Source: Candidatus Sigynarchaeum calidifontis
Lineage (GTDB): Archaea; Asgardarchaeota; Lokiarchaeia; Sigyniarchaeales; Sigyniarchaeaceae
Length of the DNA stretch: 27,034 nucleotides
Direction: 5' to 3'
NCBI GenBank assembly: GCA_030587475.2
Contig: JAUQYZ020000263.1
Coordinates: forward strand, 1 to 27,034
The notes below the pieces were generated by a model. That model worked only from the letters and a program-made list of their open reading frames with translations. It was not told the DNA's origin and searched no databases. The translations under genes were made by a program, and so were the position numbers. This document shows positions 24,306 to 27,034 of this stretch, in pieces (positions within the stretch are counted from its first letter, which is position 1; every line of letters begins with the position of its first letter).

Positions 24306-24436
24306 TATGCCGTATTTATATGTGCCTATGACCTAATGACATTGAACCCGCAGAAAAAAAAATGGCGATCATGGCAATGACACCTCGCGAGGAACCAGGG
24401 ATAAAGGCCATTTTTTTTTGAAGAGGTTTGAATAAT

Positions 24437-24775
24437 ATGTCTTCTATCGAAAAAACGATCAAGGATTTTCTCAAGGATGGCAAAGATTGGGATAAATTAC
24501 CCACTAAACAGCTGCCTGGCGTAAATATAGTCAAGATGCCCGCCACGAAATCTCGACCGGCACTCCTGGCTTTGGAAGTGAACCCTGTAAAAGAAGGCAA
24601 GCCCATGAAAAGGAAAGGCTTGTTTGTTACAAGCAAGGAAATGCTCGTTTCCTTTTCCGAGATCCTCACGAACGATTCCATCTTCACGCTCATGAAGACC
24701 ATAGAGGATATCAATGCCGCTGCGATGCCGAAAGGATCCAGCGTCCCCAAGGCGCTCGATCTTGACGAGGGTTGA
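24437..24775 (+). CDS. Conserved archaeal hypothetical protein
   Basis: KDWDKLPT...PGVNIVKMP...LALEVNPV...GKPMKRKGLFV resembles a small uncharacterised archaeal family; T tract after the stop. Confidence 0.75.
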   Translation: MSSIEKTIKDFLKDGKDWDKLPTKQLPGVNIVKMPATKSRPALLALEVNPVKEGKPMKRKGLFVTSKEMLVSFSEILTNDSIFTLMKTIEDINAAAMPKGSSVPKALDLDEG

Positions 24776-24815
24776 ACGCGCGGGATATCCTCGGCATGAA
24801 TTTCGTTTTTTTTTA

Positions 24816-26318
24816 TTAACCCTTTTTTTCGATGAACATCGGCACGTATTTCTCGTCGAAGAGCCGGTTCCATCGTTCCTGGCTAGCAGGTTCGAACCGA
24901 CGTGGTGGAAACGATGCAGCGACCAACTTTCTCCCCGCTTTGATATCTCGGATCTCGCCATTCGAAATTGCTTGCACGATTATGTTGCCAATGCTCGTTG
25001 CCTCGTCTGGACCGGCTAGCACCGGCACGCCAGTGGCATCGGCAACATATTGACACATTAGCTTGTTTTTGGATCCACCACCCACGATGTGCAAGGTGTC
25101 GATCCTGGTTCCGGTGAGATCTTGAAGCATGCCGAGTACTTGACGGTAGCGCAAAGCAAGGCTCGCAAAGACGAGAGCGGCAAATTCCCCGAATTTTCTT
25201 GGCGGTTTTTGCCCCGTGTCCTTGCATGCATTTCGAATGGCATCGAGCATGTTATGCGGGTTTAAAAAGCGCGAATGATCATCGGGAAACACGATGCTAT
25301 CAAAATATTCGCATTTCTTTGCCTCATCCATGATGTACTCATAATCGAGCCGCGATCCCGTTTCCATCTCCCAGCGGGCCTTCGATTGTTGCAGCAACCA
25401 CATGCCGGCGATGTTTTTCAACAAGCGGATCGTGCCATTGACTCCCCCCTCGTTGGTGAAATTCATTTCGAGTGCTTTCCTCGTGAGGACGGGACGATCA
25501 AGTTCCACGCCGAGCAAGCTCCACGTGCCCGAACTGAGGTACGCGGCGTTCCGCGATGTGATTGGTGTTCCCGCGACGGCCGCGGCTGTGTCGTGACTTG
25601 CCGTGAGGTGCACGGTCGCGGATTTAAGACCGATCTTCTCGAGTAACGCAGGGGTGACATGACCGAGTACACGACCCGGCTGCACGGGCTTCGAGAACAT
25701 GGCGGCATCGACGTGGATCTTCTCGAGGAACGGCACGATCCAGTCCCTCGTCGTCGCGTCGAGTAGCTGGGTGGTTGACGCATCAGTATATTCTATTGCC
25801 TTCTCGCCAGAAAGCAAGAAGTTGAAATAATCAGGCATCATGAGGAACGACTTGCCCACGCCGGGGATCGTGCACGGATGTCCATCCTTGGCCAATGCAT
25901 GGAGTTTGACGATCGTGTTCAAGGACATGAACTGGATGCCCGTTTTCTCGTAGATCTGCTCCCGCGGGATGATCCGCAGCAAATCGTCGAGGGCAGCGTT
26001 CATGACCGGGTCTCGGTAATGGTACGGGAGCCCGACGAGGTTGTCGTGCCGGTCGAGGATAACGAAATCGACGCCCCACGTGTCAATGCCTATGCCATCG
26101 ATCGAACTACCTTCAACTTGTTTAACATTTTCCTTCAAGCCAGCGATAATCTCCTCGTAGAAGCGAAGCACGTTCCAATACATGCGGCCGTGGACTTCCG
26201 TGCCTTGCGTCTTGTACCGGTGGAGCTCTTTCACTTCCAGCTTGTCATTGGCGATATTTCCTAGGAGCAGGCGCCCGGACTCGGCACCCATGTCGACAGC
26301 GACGTACTTGCTCGCCAT
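24816..26318 (-). CDS. rhaB: Rhamnulokinase (FGGY carbohydrate kinase)
   Basis: AVDMGAESGR, GIDTWGVDF, PYHYRD, IYEKTGIQF, SHDTA, YLSSGTWSLLG, FTNEGG...RLLKNIAGMW, VGGGSKN, AGPDEATSIGN. Confidence 0.92.
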   Translation of the reverse strand: MASKYVAVDMGAESGRLLLGNIANDKLEVKELHRYKTQGTEVHGRMYWNVLRFYEEIIAGLKENVKQVEGSSIDGIGIDTWGVDFVILDRHDNLVGLPYHYRDPVMNAALDDLLRIIPREQIYEKTGIQFMSLNTIVKLHALAKDGHPCTIPGVGKSFLMMPDYFNFLLSGEKAIEYTDASTTQLLDATTRDWIVPFLEKIHVDAAMFSKPVQPGRVLGHVTPALLEKIGLKSATVHLTASHDTAAAVAGTPITSRNAAYLSSGTWSLLGVELDRPVLTRKALEMNFTNEGGVNGTIRLLKNIAGMWLLQQSKARWEMETGSRLDYEYIMDEAKKCEYFDSIVFPDDHSRFLNPHNMLDAIRNACKDTGQKPPRKFGEFAALVFASLALRYRQVLGMLQDLTGTRIDTLHIVGGGSKNKLMCQYVADATGVPVLAGPDEATSIGNIIVQAISNGEIRDIKAGRKLVAASFPPRRFEPASQERWNRLFDEKYVPMFIEKKG

Positions 26319-26430
26319 TGCCTTTCTGATCCGGGATCGACGCCCCGTCTTTTAACCTTGATACCATTTAAAGATGTTAGCTCGAGCTTCAACCCATGAA
26401 AAGGAAATAAAGAAGAAGATATTGAAAAAA

Positions 26431-27033
26431 TCACTTGCGGTATTTCCGGTAGACGAGCACGAAGCCGATACCGATCGCGATGAGGATGGTAATCACGGGG
26501 AAACCCGGCACCTCGGGTTGCGCGTTCGGCCCGAACGTGATGCCAACGACGCTCGTCAGCGTGCATTTGAGCGCTTGTGGATGCAAGTTTTCAAAGAACG
26601 TGCCCCCGATCTTCGCGTCGACGCGGCATTGCTCCGTGTAATACTCGAGCAAGATGCCAGTCTCGGAATCGAATTTCGCTTGTTCCTTTCCTCCGACCTT
26701 GGGATAGCTGATCCCGAACTTTGCACGCCAGCGGAACGCCTCGTCGCTCTGTCCCTCGTGCCACGTGTACGTGTCGCTTTCGTCGAAGGACATCGTGAAC
26801 GTGGAGGCGTCGGGGGCGCCGGGCAGCGCGACGCTCCACAATCCCATGCCCGTCACGCTTGAAAGGTCTAGCCCGGTATTCAACCAGAACGTGCCATACT
26901 GGCCCGCAAAAGACATCGGCGTGTAGAAGAGAGCATGGGCGTAAACCTTGTCTGTACTCGTGTTCCCTTCGGCATTTCGCACGACAGGTGTAGTACTAAT
27001 GATCGCACCCGTGATGTTCGACGAGACGATGAA
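26431..27033 (-). CDS. Cell-surface protein with PGF/Loki-CTERM-type sorting signal; 5'-truncated by window edge
   Basis: Frame is open to the window end. C-terminus EVPGFPVITILIAIGIGFVLVYRKYRK (PGF motif, TM helix, basic tail). Confidence 0.85.
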   Translation of the reverse strand, partial: FIVSSNITGAIISTTPVVRNAEGNTSTDKVYAHALFYTPMSFAGQYGTFWLNTGLDLSSVTGMGLWSVALPGAPDASTFTMSFDESDTYTWHEGQSDEAFRWRAKFGISYPKVGGKEQAKFDSETGILLEYYTEQCRVDAKIGGTFFENLHPQALKCTLTSVVGITFGPNAQPEVPGFPVITILIAIGIGFVLVYRKYRK

Positions 27034-27034
27034 C

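Noticed and set aside
24886-24900. GGTTCGAACC T-loop-like tRNA motif
   Set aside because: Inside the rhaB CDS with no cloverleaf; I found no tRNA or rRNA gene in the window.

Overview
Archaeal chromosomal window, very probably from an Asgard archaeon (Lokiarchaeia-like, relatively GC-rich). The assignment is inferred from gene content: a Rag-like GTPase-roadblock fusion, a longin/uDENN protein, a 7TM protein and a PGF/Loki-CTERM-type protein. The right part (16.9-22.9 kb) is the conserved archaeal translation/targeting cluster (nep1, rnp4, YhbY-like | rps19e, PDCD5-like, rpl39e, rpl31e, eif6, rpl18a, pfdA, ftsY), followed by an AN1 zinc-finger membrane protein, rhamnulokinase and a truncated surface protein. 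The left part (1-14.5 kb) is accessory and partly decaying: GH116 glycosidase, orphan ABC ATPase, a UDG-superfamily-like protein, an RHH + aspartyl-protease operon with a perfect palindromic operator, a membrane zinc-finger gene broken by one in-frame TAA, a giant TrmB-like protein with a ~630-aa hendecad coiled-coil insert and a relic copy of its own 3' end, and a 5'-truncated IS110 transposase preceded by a possibly structured RNA. The best candidate for an undescribed system is the divergent pair at 14.5-16.9 kb: an FLCN/SMCR8-like longin protein retaining the 'ARG' arginine-finger motif and fused to an ACT-like domain, head-to-head with a Rag-type GTPase-roadblock fusion. It could be a minimal nutrient-sensing GAP-Rag module. 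All assignments come from reading motifs by eye; no searches or folding programs were run.
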